The position numbers were made by a program, and so were the translations under genes. Below the pieces are notes generated by a model. It had not been told where the DNA came from, ran no database searches, and saw only the letters and a list, made by a program, of their open reading frames with translations. A stretch of 64,000 bases of DNA from a virus, in the IMG/VR virus record IMGVR_UViG_3300046170_000478, positions 30,028 to 94,027 of that record; one strand, written 5' to 3'. This document shows, one piece after another, positions 63,861 to 64,000 of this stretch (positions are counted from its first letter, which is position 1; every line of letters begins with the position of its first letter).

Positions 63861-64000
63861 ATGAGTGTTAAGCCTGTTTTTTCTAGACTTGAAGTTCACC
63901 CTAAAGGATGGGGAGATGAGCTTTGGATTATTAATAACGAGAGATATTGCGGTAAAATTTTGCGCTTTAATAAGGGGGCGAGTTTTTCAATGCACTATCA
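63861..64000 (+). CDS. cupin-domain protein (sugar isomerase-like), 3'-truncated
   Basis: MSVKPVFSRLEVHPKGWGDELWIINNERYCGKILRFNKGASFSMHY..., open to the end of the window. Confidence 0.7.
   Translation, partial: MSVKPVFSRLEVHPKGWGDELWIINNERYCGKILRFNKGASFSMHY

Noticed and set aside
1-64000. Alternative genetic code, tRNAs, introns/inteins, integrase
   Set aside because: Genes are intact in the standard code with all three stop codons used. No cloverleaf, splicing motifs or recombinase was recognised by eye.

Overview
The window is a 64-kb segment of a large, AT-rich, tailed dsDNA bacteriophage genome. It is probably a siphovirus, because no tail sheath gene is recognisable. A PEP-CTERM-like gene suggests a Gram-negative, exosortase-bearing host such as Verrucomicrobiota; this is inference only. 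Layout: (1) 1-28.8 kb, + strand, is the packaging and virion module: zinc-finger/ERCC4 nuclease, terminase, portal, protease-scaffold, capsid, neck, two tail-tube paralogues, chaperones, a 1620-aa tape measure and tail-tip proteins. (2) 28.8-36.2 kb, mostly - strand, holds a Rad52-like annealase, GT4/GT9 glycosyltransferases, a Whirly-like SSB, Hsp20 and a phage sigma factor. (3) 36.5-58 kb, + strand, holds a class I RNR, a GT2/FkbM/Gmd glycan cluster, RecA, DnaB, primase, a DnaE polymerase split over three genes, a Clp ATPase and HldD. (4) 58-64 kb holds lysis and surface genes. The strongest candidate for an undescribed system is a phage-encoded virion O-glycosylation pathway: about 8 glycosyltransferase genes plus nucleotide-sugar enzymes co-occur with selective enrichment of [S/T]-G dipeptides in a subset of neck and tail proteins. 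Other notable signals are near-systematically leaderless sigma70 promoters, a GTGTA late-promoter motif, two candidate small RNAs, and a nuclease-like cargo domain inside the tape measure. All calls come from reading motifs by eye, and counts are manual. No tRNA, rRNA, CRISPR array or integrase was seen.
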